Assembly: GCA_964016885.1 (NCBI GenBank)
Contig: OZ024742.1
Location: 32,860,001-32,924,000, forward strand
DNA from: Eledone cirrhosa
Lineage: Eukaryota
DNA: 64,000 nucleotides
Direction: 5' to 3'
The position numbers and the translations under genes were made by a program. The notes under the pieces are model-generated. The model saw only the letters and a program-made list of their open reading frames with translations, did not search any database and had not been told where the DNA came from. Below are positions 51,370 through 64,000 of the stretch, piece after piece (the first letter of the stretch is position 1; the number at the start of each line of letters is the position of its first letter).

Positions 51370-52400
51370 ATATATATATCTTCTTTGCCTACTTATTCTT
51401 GAGAAGTCGTGGAGACAGAGTCTTCAAACCCTCCTTCCAACGGGTCCTGTTGCCAATTGATCTGGCTGGATCCCCAAGCACGACCAACCAAGCTCATGGA
51501 TGTTATCCAACCATCTTGCTCGGGGCCTGCCCCTAGGTCTTTTGCCAGCTGGTTATGCCCATAAAATCTGTCCAGCAATTCTTACCTTAGACATTCAGAC
51601 CACCTATCCATAGTATCAGAGCTGTGATCTCTCAATTCGGAGAAGTAGTGATTCTACCTCAAGTAACTTTTTAATCTTTGAGTAATGCACTTTGTTGAAT
51701 GACCTTACTCCAAAGCCCCTTCTGAGGAACCTTATTTCAGCCATCTATATTTGCAATCAACTTCTTCGGTCATTACCCAAAATTCATGACCGTAAGGGTT
51801 GGCATGAATACCAAATTAAAGATAGCATGTTTGGCTTTTACACCTATCCCCTTTCTTCTGATGACTGAATGCTGAAACTCCTGCAATTCTTGTACTTAAT
51901 TCAGCCTCTTGTCTTCTATCACTTGTGAACATGGCTCCAAGATACTTGAACTTGTCCACCTGAGTGCACTGCACAGGCTTCCTTGAGAAGACAAGTGTCT
52001 CAGTCTTTGTAGCACTAATTTTCATTGTCATGTATGTCAGAGATCACCTTCTGATAAGTTAAGTAATACCATGTCATTTGCAAATTCCAGCCAGTTAATC
52101 CTACACTTGCCAGTCTTGATATCACTTCCAGCCCTTGTGCATGTCAATTCTGCTCATGAAGATGTGAAGAGGAGAGGTGACAGTATGCACCTTTGTCTTA
52201 GCACCATTTATCCAAACACAAATACTAGGGTATTTATATAAACTTCAGGGCAATAAACTGACCATCGATCCCATACTCCTACGAAACCTTCCACAACAGG
52301 TTGTGTGGAATGTGGTCATATGCTTCTACGAGGTCTACAAAACAATTATATACCTCTTGACAACACTCCCATGATTACTAAAATACTGAATGAGTTGTGT
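51370..52400 (-). mobile_element. Old, degenerate RTE-like LINE of a different family
   Basis: MKISATKTETLV...QVDKFKYLGAMFTSD...ELSTRI; fragmented frames. Confidence 0.65.
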
Positions 52401-54793
52401 GAAATGAAGCCTACATTTCATATTCGGCTTGAGCCTATTACTAGCTTAAGGAGGACCATATTTAACAGCTTATTACCAGCTTTGGAGGGGGGGGGGGGAC
52501 TACATTTTACATCTGGCCCGAACCTACATTTCACATAAGGTTTGGGCTTATTACTAGCTTTGGGGGCCTACATTTTACATCTGGTCTGGGCTTGTTACCA
52601 ATTTTAGGAACATTCATTTTACATCTGGTCTGTGCACATTATCCGATTTTCATGGGTCTGAAACTAAAACCCATTATAAGCATATGCAATGCTAAGACTT
52701 TTACTCTTTTTCTTCTTTTCATATCTTCGAAGCATGTGGTTATATGACAGTTTCCCATTTCTTTACACTGTCCTTAATAAAAGGTATTAAACAAAATACA
52801 TGCAACACAAAATAGCAGTGAAATTTTCTTTTACATCACACCCTACTGTCTTAGAAAAGGACACAGAGGATAATAAGAAAGAGATGGGATTGTCATGGCT
52901 GGAATGCTTTTGTTCATTGGTATCAGGGCTGGTCTGCAATGACTTGTTTATGTCCCCCATAAACAATACATCCTGCAGCTTAGCAATTCAACAAGTGCCA
53001 GCGACATATGCTATACTTACAATAAGGTATAAGTTAGTGTCAAGAAAAGCATCCAGTTGTAAAAAACCTGCCAGAAAAAGGTTTCATTCAACCCTTGCAA
53101 ACATGGAAAGATGGATATGAAAACGGCGATAAAGTAAATAGATATTATGATCTTCAAAACAATGCATGGGTTATAATCATTTTCCCTACCAAAGCAGAGG
53201 TTAGCCTTGTGATGCTCCACAACAAACACCTTCATTTTACTAAATTATTTGTATCCCCCAATCTTCATCAACATATGACTCAACTGACCTTATAGTAAGT
53301 ATAGGTTAGAAACATTAAAAAAACACAGAATTATAAGAACAACAAATGTAACAACTTATAAAAAATATATTTTTGGAAACTTTATTTAGAAAAGAGAAAA
53401 GAAAAATATACATAAGAAAATATACAGTGAATCTTTCTTTATATACAAAATATCCTTCATTTTTTTTTTTTTTTTATAAAAGATCTGTATTAACTTCCAC
53501 CCCAGGGTAGATATTTTAAATTTTAGTTAAAGTAAAAGTTAATGAAACATGACCCTACATATTTGCCAAACCTCCCATTCTTCCCTTCCTCTAAATGTTT
53601 ATATAAATACACAAAGAGAAAGAAAGAATGTAGAATCCTTCAAAGTTTTTCTAAGTGAATTTTTTCTGAGCTAGCTAGAATGTTTGAAACCCCACCTTCA
53701 ACAATATGGTTCTCTATTTTTGCTATCCTTGTTTTAAATCTTAAAGACAGGTTTAATTTATGATGATATAGATATAAGAATACACTAAGGGAAGGATTGA
53801 GATTTGAAAATGAGGTCCTTAAATAGGGCCAGATTAAATCAACTAGGGGTTCTTGGCTAAAGAACATTTTGGGGACCCCAGTATTGCAATAAATTTAATG
53901 AAAGTAAAAAGTACATGCGTGTACATCTAAACATAGAATGATGCTGAGATCCATCATCAATCCATGCCAACCTCTAAAACAGAGATGACACCCATAGCAA
54001 AACATATATTTGATAGCAATTATAGTCTACATTTCATATCTATAATTTAATATACATTTTAAATGAGACAGGTGCCCTCTGGATTATGAAGCCATGAACC
54101 CATATATAAGTCTAGTACTGGCCCTAAGTTAGATTCAGAGAAAACAAATCCCCATTATTTGATCTTGAATATTCTATAAAATTTGGTGGGAAGTGAAAGA
54201 ATATCATTTATTGCAAGCTTCAAAGTCTTACAATTTCTTTTTAATAATTACTACTACTATGAATATAATTTGCATATATGTATTCCTGTACGCGAGGAGT
54301 ATCATAACATAAGCTCATACTTCAGCATTCTACACATCAACACAACTATACAGTATTAAAGCTCACTAGATTTTTACATAGATATATTCTAAAATCAAGA
54401 CACATTTAACAATGCATTTAACAGTTCCTTGGCAGCAATAAAGTGACTAAAAGCATTTTGAATATTATAATCTTCCAATGAAGTTTTGATATATTCAGGA
54501 GATCTGGAGATAGCTCTGTCTGAACCTATAAAGTTCAGATTAGTGAAATATTAAACAAAGATTTTATATATATATATATGTGTGTGTCTGTATATGAAAT
54601 TTGAAATGTGTGCATTCCAACACAATTAACCATAATGATAGTCAATCTTTATAAATAATAGTTGAGAAAATCAAGTTAAGTATCCCAGGAGATAGAAAAA
54701 AGTAAATGATAATGCAATTAGGTTTAAACACTCAACATCATGTGTACCCTTCCAAATGCGATTTAGTAGTCCATGACATAGTATATGTACAAT

Positions 54794-54977
54794 AATTGTT
54801 TCTACGTTTGGCACAAGGCCAGCAATTACCCAGTGCATTACTGGTACTTTATTTTATCGACCCCGTAAGGACGAAAGGCAAAGTGAACCTCGGCGGGATT
54901 TGAACTCAGAATGGCAGGGGCCGTAACTCTATACGTCAAAGCATGGCGTCCGACCCTCTACCGATACTGCCAATCCA
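54794..54977 (-). mobile_element. SINE family B
   Basis: Same consensus; tacaataat on both flanks. Confidence 0.85.
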
Positions 54978-54983
54978 ATACAA

Positions 54984-55340
54984 TAATGATAATTGCAAAG
55001 GCCAGATGTAGATATTCATAATCTGCCGTAATACATATTTCTGTGGCATTAATAATTACACAATTCTGCTATCACGCAACCACCCACACAACTTCATCAG
55101 ACAGCATCTTAAGTAATAAGGTTGTTATGTAACATTTCTAATGCAATACAGGCTATTGTACCTGTGTTGATAGCCTGTATTGAATTAGAAATGTTATTTA
55201 TTGCTGTCTGATGAAGTTGTATTGGTGGTTGTGTGAAGATAGCATTACATAATTATTAATGCCACAGAAATATATATTAAGGCAGATTATGAAAAAAATG
55301 AATTAGGAATATCTACATCTGGCCTTTGTGATTATCATTA
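54984..55340. repeat. Long imperfect inverted repeat (about 355 bp)
   Basis: aaaggccagatgtagatatt / aatatctacatctggccttt and caatacaggctat / atagcctgtattg arms. Confidence 0.88.
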
Positions 55341-56486
55341 TATACACATGTGTGTCTATGTGTGTATAATATACACTAAATGGTAGATAAGACCCAGCAC
55401 TAACTCTCTCCAACTGCCATATCTACTCACAAATTCTGCTCCAAATAACCTTAGACCAGCCCAGATATTTCTGTTGCATAACAAGTAGAAAGATGAAAGC
55501 TCATAGACAATGCTCTTAGTATGTGAAGGCATCCCTAAGGAAACTCACCAATAGTCTACCCCAAAAGGCAAACTTATCCAAATCAATGTGAAATAATCGC
55601 ATAGTCCACACTGCAAGTTTTTTGTAAGCTAAATAAATGGCACTTGAGACATTTACAGAAATATAAACTATGGAATGTCCTGAGTTAGTTTCTCTTAAGG
55701 CATTGCATTGGCAGAATCATTAGAGCTTTGAATTAACTCTTTCGATAGCAAACTGCCTGAAACCACATTCCGTTCTATGATACAAAGCCGTTTATGAGGT
55801 TAGTTATATTACTAAATCCCTCCAAATTCATGATTGTTTTCAAAATAATTTGAAATGTATAGGCAGTGTATTGCATTAGAAATATGGTAACAAAAGGATT
55901 TAATGCTTTGCAGTATTTGTTCCAGCTCTCTGTACTCTCTGAGTTCAAATCCACTCAGGGTTAGCTTTACCTTTCATTCTTTCAGGGTCAATGAATATAT
56001 ACCTGTCCATATGTATTGGTGAAACTGTTAAAATTGTAATATGTTTTGAATCTGTTTGTTCACAGTTCCAATCTCACTTCCTTTCAACAGAATACCAGTG
56101 TTGCTTCTGTAAGGAGTTATGACTGGCAGATAGTATCAGGAATGGGAACACCAATGAAAACATAGTTTCCTTGGGACTGAGGATCAGCTGGTTTCCTTTT
56201 TTACTTTCTTATCTTTGTACTGTGGAGAATTTCTAAATGGGTGTTTCACAAATAGGCAGGAATATATGATTGTCTTACTGAAAGACAGACTGAAAAACAG
56301 AACAGGAGATGTAAATGATGGCTTTACAAAACAGCCTACAGTGAACCCACTGCAAGGTCAGACTATATTAAATAATGACCAGTGTTATTTCCTGATTAAA
56401 TTAACATAATTTGTTTGTGTATGGAAGCATTTGATACAATTGTAAATAAAAAAACATTAATCAGAGAATAAAGATTAACACTTTAA

Positions 56487-56671
56487 CCCTTTTGATACCA
56501 AATTGCCTGAAACCGCCGTTAGTTCTATGATACAGATATGTTTTAAAAATAATTTTATGCAAGAACCTTTATTAAGTAAGTTATTTTACCAAATCCCTCC
56601 ATTGAATGTTTTTAAAAAGACTTATAAAATCATAGGCAATGTCTTTTCTTAGAAATATGGTAACAAAAGGG
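56487..56671. mobile_element. piggyBac-type MITE, family 2
   Basis: TTAA-cccttttgatacc...ggtaacaaaaggg-TTAA; degenerate relatives elsewhere in the window. Confidence 0.7.
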
Positions 56672-57331
56672 TTAAAAACCAACCCACTGAAAACTGCCTA
56701 TATTGAAGTGCTCAAATTTAAATTCAAACCTTGAACTGAAATCTTATTACTACATGACATAATATTAGATTTCAGTAGTTAAATATTTGTTTTTTTATTA
56801 TCAAGTTGGAAGTTAGTTATTTCACCAAACCTCTTCATTTTTGTTTTAAATTTAAACACAAAGGCAGAATATATTCTTGTTAGAAATATGGTCATGAAGA
56901 GATTCATAAAAATAATAATAATAATAATCTGTGAAAATGAAAAATAAACAAATAAAAATTTCTGAATTTAAAATTTGAACAAATTATTTTGGAAAAAGAA
57001 CATTTCAGAACACAAATTAAGTTTTTATAGTTAGATTGTTTTGTCTTTTTCCTTTTTTGTTGTCGATGAGAAATGATGGATTATTGGTGAACAGGATTTC
57101 AAAGTAGAATGCCTTATGGCAACATCAGAAAAAATCATCATCATCATCATCGTTTAACGTCCATCTTCCACGCTTGCATGGGTTTGGACGGAAAAAATAA
57201 TAATAATAATTAGAATTGATAGATTCAAATTATTTCTCCTCATAACGCTCATAGAAAAATTTTCAAGCAGGTAACCAGCACTTCTGTGAAAATTCTTTTA
57301 CAAGAAACAAGCTTTCACAAAGGTAACATTT

Positions 57332-57385
57332 TCAGACTCCCCACATGGGGGAACTCCCTGCAGTTACTTGAGCATCCATGTCAAC
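57332..57385 (-). CDS. Candidate terminal exon of the same upstream gene (VDMDAQVTAGSSPMWGV*)
   Basis: Strong acceptor tttctctttttccttttccag; phase-compatible with 62972-63007; followed by AT-rich sequence that could be 3' UTR. Confidence 0.4.
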   Translation of the reverse strand, partial: VDMDAQVTAGSSPMWGV

Positions 57386-58426
57386 CTGGAAAAGGAAAAA
57401 GAGAAATTTATTCAGTATTCTTGTTTATTTGTATGTATGTTGGGGAATGATCGTTTATATCGACTTTTCAATCCTTTTAATACTAAAAGCATCTGACACC
57501 ACCTCCGGCTCTACAATATATAACTATTTATTTTTAAATGTTTATATTTCCATAATAATTTTATGTAAAATGATTTGTTAAGTTATTTTCCAATCAGCAA
57601 CTTAATAATGTCTAAATTCCTCCAAATTCTTGATTATTTTTGAAATGATTAGAAACATAGCAACAAAACAGTTAAATACCGAAAGATTGTTTTTACTCAT
57701 TGTCTATGCACAACCAAGGTATCCTTACATTGGTTAATTAGATACTTGTGATGTTGTTTCCTTAAACTAGAGTATTATTAAATGGGACAGGAAGATACAA
57801 TGGTCAAAAGGTTATGATTATAACAACCAGTTTAAGATAAATATAAAAGTGACTACATTTCTAATGAAAGACTTTGCCTAGGATTTTCAAATAATATTGA
57901 AAGTATTCAAGAATTTGGAGGGATTTAGTGATATAACTGGTGTTTGGAGCAAAACTTAACAAAGGTTCTTACATGATGGAATATTTTTTAGATAAATATA
58001 AACACTATAAAAACTATTGTAGAACTATGGCCACTTCAGGTGGTTTGGCATCAAAAGACTTACAATAGAATATGAAGTATAAGGTCTATAACTAAAAATA
58101 CTGTTGTTTTTAAATTAATAATGAGGTATTTCAGCAGATTAACTCTTTTGATACCTAACTGCAATACAAAACTTGTTAAAGTGTTTATCTAAAAAAATTT
58201 TATGTAAGAATTTTTATGTTCCAAACACCAGCTTAATAATGAGAAAGTTAATTGTATTATGAAATCCCTCACAATTCTTCATTATTTTCGAATTATTAAA
58301 GGATTAATTCTATTTTCATGTCCCTAATAAGCCAAATATTGTACAATGTACAGCTAAATTTGTATTGGTTATAAAAGTAAACTATATACTAAATATTTCA
58401 GCATTCTACTAAAAAAATATGCTTAA

Positions 58427-58647
58427 CCCCTTAGCATTCAAACTGGCCATATCCGGCCAGAATTCTCTCACCTCTTTTTGTTCAAACTGGCTGTAACTGG
58501 CCACTCATACTGACGTTAAGGTATTGTTCTTGAAATAAATGATATCAAAATCTCATAGATTTGATATTATGTGAGATAATTATGTGAGGTAAAGCCTTTA
58601 CTGTGAAAATACAATAATAAATATAGATTAATGTAAATACTAAAGGG
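58427..58647. mobile_element. piggyBac-type MITE family 1, opposite orientation
   Basis: TTAA flanks; reverse complement of the 22849-23069 body. Confidence 0.82.
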
Positions 58648-60327
58648 TTAAGAGACTATCAACAGAAGAGCAAGCATAACAAGCCAGCAAGGAAGCCTCT
58701 ATATGGTCGTTTGATCTACTAGTAATAGTAGCCAAATCATCTTCAAATCACACCCTACTGTCTTAAAAAAAACAAAGGTACATTGGACAATGTAGTACTC
58801 AAAGGATTGATTGTCACACTGAAATATTTTTAATCATGTTACCTTAATCAGCATTGACATGAAGCTAAACAGCATAATAAGGGTCAATTTATTTCGGTGT
58901 AAGGTCTAATAACATTAAATGTTATATGCAATAAATGTTCTTTGAGAAAGTTCTGAAGAATATTCTGGTCACTGTTTCCATCAAGTCCTTTGTATGTTTA
59001 TAAAACTGAAACTTACTAAAGTTTTAATACATTGTAATATATTTATAACATAAAAAGAGAAAATCTCTACATGATTGCTTGGCATGCTAGAAACAGAAGT
59101 CAAATTTCCTCAAATCCACACCATGCCATCTTACAAAAAAAAAAAAAAAGAAAGAAAGTGTATTACTGGTACTTTATTTTATTGACCCCGTAAGGATGAA
59201 AGGCAAAGTTAACCTCAGCGGGATTTGATCACAGAATAATGGCTGCAACATGGCCAAATGGTTAATTATGAGGTCCTGGGTTTGATCCCACTGCATGGCA
59301 TCATGGACAAATGTCATAATAGCCTTAGGTCAACACAAGTGAAAGACAGGATGGTCACATCTGTAATGCTTGTGATCACAGATCTGCTCAAATTCCTTGG
59401 GTTAAACACATAACTGTTCAACTGGATTTGTTAATGGAGTTTGTACAAAGCATGCTGCATGCATTTAGAAATTGAAATATGGAGAAGATGCAGTGTTCGC
59501 AAACTTGCACAACTTGGAAACATGGGAAAATGGACATACAATTGCTGTGACTGCTGTTGATGATGATTATAGCTGACAGTGTTATTAAACAATGATTTGA
59601 CAGAGAATGGAGACCTTTAGTTATAGAATCAAGGAAAGATATTTTAAAAAAAATATAGCAATTCAAGATAGTAAGAATAGCACATCTCATTTCTGGCAAT
59701 GTAGGAACAGCATCAACAGTCAAGACACATAACCACAGTTTTCTTCCGAGGAGAAAGTGATTGGCAGTTAAGATAAAATTATAATAAGCTTGGTCAGAAA
59801 TGATTTAAGCTACCTCGGGTGGTCTTGGCACTTATCAAGGGACTTTGCTCATTTGGGTTTCCCTGGATTGGAGTCAAAGCAAGACCAGTAGGTTTGAGAG
59901 AGACAACTAAGTGCAGGACTCAAAAATCTTAACGGAACTCAGCTGTATTTCATCTGATTTCTGGACAGGTATTGCTTTTTTGTCATGTTGGGGTGCCCAT
60001 CCACCACAGAGAAGGATGTAAGACCCGAGAGTGGCAATGACAGTTTAGTCATAGTTGGCTTTATCATGAAACAGGTGGAGTTGGTCTACATGATTACTGG
60101 TAAATCATTTGATTTGGCCTGATGCATAACTGAAGATAGTATTAGCTATACAATTATTTTTACTTAATTTTCCTGCAGAATTTAACCATTATAATAACCT
60201 TCCTGAAACAGCCCTGGTTCTACAATACAAAACTGTACATTTTAATATCTTTATATTTATCTAAAAATGTTCCATCACAGTTATATTTAACCTTGTGTTA
60301 AGTTATGTTTCATATACTAGTTCAATA

Positions 60328-60513
60328 ATTGTTTCTACTTTAGGCACAAGGCCAGCAATTACCAGTGCATTACTGGTACTTTATTTTATCGACCCCGTAA
60401 GGATGAAAGGCAAAGTCAACCTCGGCGGGATTTGAACTCAGATGGTAAAGGGACGTAACTATGCTGGAAAGCATGGCGTCCGACCCTCTACCGATACTGC
60501 CAATCCACCGCCC
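60328..60513 (-). mobile_element. SINE family B with a long target-site duplication
   Basis: catatactagttcaataat at 60311-60329 and 60513-60531. Confidence 0.88.
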
Positions 60514-60716
60514 ATATACTAGTTCAATAATGAGGAAATTATAGATATATTACAAAATCCTTCCAAATTCTTAATTGTATTCAAAATTATTTGAAAATCA
60601 CAGGCAGTGTATTTCATTGGGAATATAGTAACAAAAGGTTTAAGCATGTTGTAAACTACCAAACTACTCAACAATTTCCAATTTTTTCCCTTGTTTTAAC
60701 TACTTTGCTTCTAGCT

Positions 60717-62177
60717 ATCATCATCATCATCATTCATCATCGTTTAACGTCCATCTTCCACGCTAGCACGGGTTTAGACGGGAATTGTCCCACTTGAGGC
60801 AAGATTGGTTGTCTTGCTCGTATAGGACTGTCTGGCAGGTTTTCTACGGCTGGATGCCCTTCCTAACATCAACCATGTTTACAGTGTAGACTGGGAGGTT
60901 TTTACCGTGTTACCTACACGGCCACATTACAGTGTGGACTGTGTATTTTTGTTGTGACACCTACATGACCTCATTTGTTTCGGACTGGATGTTGTGGTAC
61001 CAACATAACTTTACAGCGAAAGGGATGGTGTAGATGGGGGTGGGGGTAGGGTTAGTGGGACGTGGGTGTATTTTGGTTAAGAGGTGCCTACTGACTGTAG
61101 GTTTCACTTTGTACTTAGGCAAGGCGGGTCTTCTGTATTACTGCGTAGCGCCAAAGATCTCGGTCCAGTGACATTGTCTTGGAGAGGTGTAAGTGTGTAA
61201 GGTCAGAATTTATCAAATCGTCCCAGGTTTTTCTGGGTCTGCCTACTCCGTAGCTTCTATCTATTTTGATCACCCTGCACTTTTTTATACAGCTGTCGTC
61301 TTTCATGCGCATCACGTGACCATACCAACGTAGTCTTCTCTCGAGTAAACAGCATCTGAACCCTCTTATTGATAATTTCTCACTTAGTTCATTTATGCTT
61401 TGCCGTTCACGTATATTACTATTACACATCCAACGGAGCATGCAAGCTTCGTTCCTCTCCAATCTGTGTAGATCCTCTGCATACAATGCCCAGGTCTCAC
61501 TGCCACGTAACATTGCTGTTCTTATGTAGGCATCATACAGTCTGCCTTTCATTTTTAGAGAGAAACCTTTAGCAGCCAATAGTGGTATAATCTCTGAACT
61601 TTTTCCATCTCGTTCTGACTCTAGCTACTGTACTTTCAGAGCACCCTCCACCACTGCTGATTTTGTCACCCAGGTAACAGAAGGTGTCCACTATTTCTAT
61701 AGAACCATTTGGGCAATGGAAGGAGCTAGTATCCTGTGAGCACTTATTACTACTTATTGCACCGGCCACATATAAAATCTATGTTCTTAGTTAGCTTACT
61801 TGTGATCCCACTACATCTTTTATGCACCCATACTTTGCATTTGGGACATAAAATGGAGTTTCTGCCTACTCCTTTCCTACACACTGAGCATGGCCATTTC
61901 CCAGAGGGGACCAGTGCCCTATTTTCCTTCCTACATACTAGAACTTTAGTCTTAGACAAGTTAATTTTAAGGCCTTTTGATTCTAGGCCATGCTTCCATG
62001 TTTGGAATTTCTTCTTTAGTTCAACCATTGATTCAGCTATGAGCGTTAGATCATCTGCGTATAGAAGTTCCCATGGGCAGCCGGTCTTGAACTCATGTTA
62101 TAGCCTGAAGGGCAATAATAAATAGGAGGGGGCTAAGGACAGAGTCCTGATGAACATCAACTTTTATGCTAAACTCT
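60717..62177 (-). mobile_element. 5'-truncated, frameshifted RTE LINE
   Basis: ORFs 61115..61579, 61569..61769 and 61750..62028 match the RTE C-terminal half including the PHD-like finger; UTR and tail present. Confidence 0.92.
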
Positions 62178-62562
62178 ATTAAAGTAGAAGTTGAGTGCCT
62201 TAAGTACTCTAGGGTATGGCATATATTGATAATACTGGAACACACACTAATAAGGAAAGAAGACATTAGACGAGGATGTTAGCTGATAACTCTAACTACC
62301 ACTAAGTCATCATGGCTCCCTCATGTAGCCACACTGATAAACTCAAGCCAATGTAGGAGCCTCTATATGGTCGTTTGACTTGCTAGAAATATGAACCAAA
62401 TTCCCTCAAATCCCATCACACCATATTACAAACATGAAAGGATAACTTGTTAAACAACACTGACAAACAAATAAATAAAATAAATAAAATTATATTATAA
62501 TAACAACCAACAATAACAAAAACAACAGAAATAAAATAACAAGCATGAAAAGTAGATCAAAC

Positions 62563-62615
<53 letters not shown>

Positions 62616-62971
62616 CCATCAGTGCAGAAATAAGAGAAGGGAGAAGATTGAATGCTAAACATAAGGTGAACACAAGGTTATTTGTATGTTTATTATCACT
62701 GAACATAACAATTTAGCTAAGATGTGCAGGCTTTATATCAAAGTAATGCAATTCACAGATCATTCTGGTGCAGTGAGTTAGACTAAGCAGAGAAGAAAAA
62801 ATAAAGAGTAGGGAGGAAAAGTGAGAAACTAAGCATTATATGTGTGTACATGTGTGAGTGTATATATATATGTGTGTGTATATACATATATATATACAGA
62901 GAGAGAAAGAGAGAGACCAATGAGCTATGACAAGAGCAAATGAGAGAAAAAATATCGAGAGATGAACCTAC

Positions 62972-63007
62972 CAGGTTGAGACTGTTTCGGCGGCCTCTAA
63001 AGTCAAA
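62972..63007 (-). CDS. Candidate internal exon of an unidentified upstream gene (FDFRGRRNSLNL)
   Basis: cccttttacag acceptor, CTG|gtaggt donor, 36 nt, GC-richer than flanks; no homolog recognised. Confidence 0.45.
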
Positions 63008-63169
63008 CTGTAAAAGGGAGATATAACAACAGGTGAGTTGTGCAATATGGTGATGAGGTGAGCAGGTCAGTGACACATGTGGAGCAATTAGATCGACTCT
63101 GTGACACATATGGTGCAATGTGATCAGAAATAGCCAGAGGTAAATATTTTGTCATTACAGTTAACATCT

Positions 63170-63900
63170 GTGATGCTTTAGCTGGCCTCCTACAAGGTTG
63201 CATCTCATCGGATGTTTCTAAGGTGTTTTAATAATAAAAGCCCCAATCCTATATATAGGTTTAGTTAGACTCATACATGGATTACAAGGTTTCTCAAGTG
63301 TTTTAATGATAGGGCCTCAGTTCTATCATGTTGCAGTTCACACCTGTGTAGGTTTAGCTGGCTCCCTAAGAGGTTGCATCTCATAGGAAATTCCTCATGT
63401 GTTTTAGTAATTGAATCCTCAGTCCTATTATATTGTTGTTGTTACAGTTCACAGTTATGCAGGTTTAGCTGGCCTCATATAAGGTTGCATCTCATTGGAG
63501 GTTTCTCAGGTGTTTTAATGATATGAGAGATAAATATGGTGCATATTTATCAAGGATCTGTTAGAAGTGGCACAGAGAGTGCAGCAAGGTTAGGACTAGC
63601 TAGTGGTAAATATGGTATAAATTAATCAGTACTTGCCTTTGGTAAATATGGTGCAATGTGGTATGTACGGTCTAGACTAGCTAGTGGGTGGTAGGTATGA
63701 TGCAATGTGGTGTTAGGGACCATTTAGAGACAGCAAATGTGGTATGGTAAGGTCAAGACTATCCAGTGGCAGGAATAGTGCAATGTGGTGTTAGGGATCA
63801 TTTGGTGGCAGCATATATGTTTCAGAATAGTGAGTAGTAGCTAGTGATAGATATGGTGCAATAAGGTCAGAACCAGCCTGGGGTATACATGGTGTAACCA
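63170..63900. repeat. Degenerate tandem repeats
   Basis: Recurring tttagctggcctc..aaggttgcatctcat units (63170-63520) and atatggtgcaatgtggt units (63530-63900). Confidence 0.6.
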
Positions 63901-64000
63901 AGTTAAGAGGGTAAGTTCATAAAACACATTGCATGAAATTATCAGTACAGTTAGAGAATATAAATACAATTACAAGGATACATTGTCAACAGTTGACACA

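Overview
AT-rich, repeat-dense eukaryotic (animal) genomic DNA. The SINE/LINE content and the (TA)n/(ATG)n microsatellites suggest an octopus or other coleoid cephalopod, which is an inference. The backbone is the 5' part of a minus-strand phosphorylase kinase regulatory subunit alpha gene (PHKA1/PHKA2 ortholog). I read 16 coding exons by hand, from ATG at 49684 down to 11924 (1711 nt, 570 codons, all GT-AG and phase-consistent). The ORF track missed most of them, and the gene continues toward or past the left edge. Two candidate exons at 62972-63007 and 57332-57385 may be the 3' end of an upstream minus-strand gene. Introns hold RTE-clade LINEs (one near full length, APE-RT plus a PHD-like finger), CR1/L2-like LINEs, two tRNA-derived SINE families, a deleted DD37D Tc1/mariner element, hAT- and piggyBac-type MITEs, foldback elements and minisatellites. 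The most notable observations are a head-to-head pair of hammerhead-ribozyme motifs in PHKA intron 1, a SINE inserted into the ORF of an RTE whose 3' end it shares, a 7 kb pile-up of retroelements in one (TA)n tract, and tail-to-tail inverted RTE copies able to form long dsRNA. No CRISPR arrays, rRNA or genuine tRNA genes were seen.
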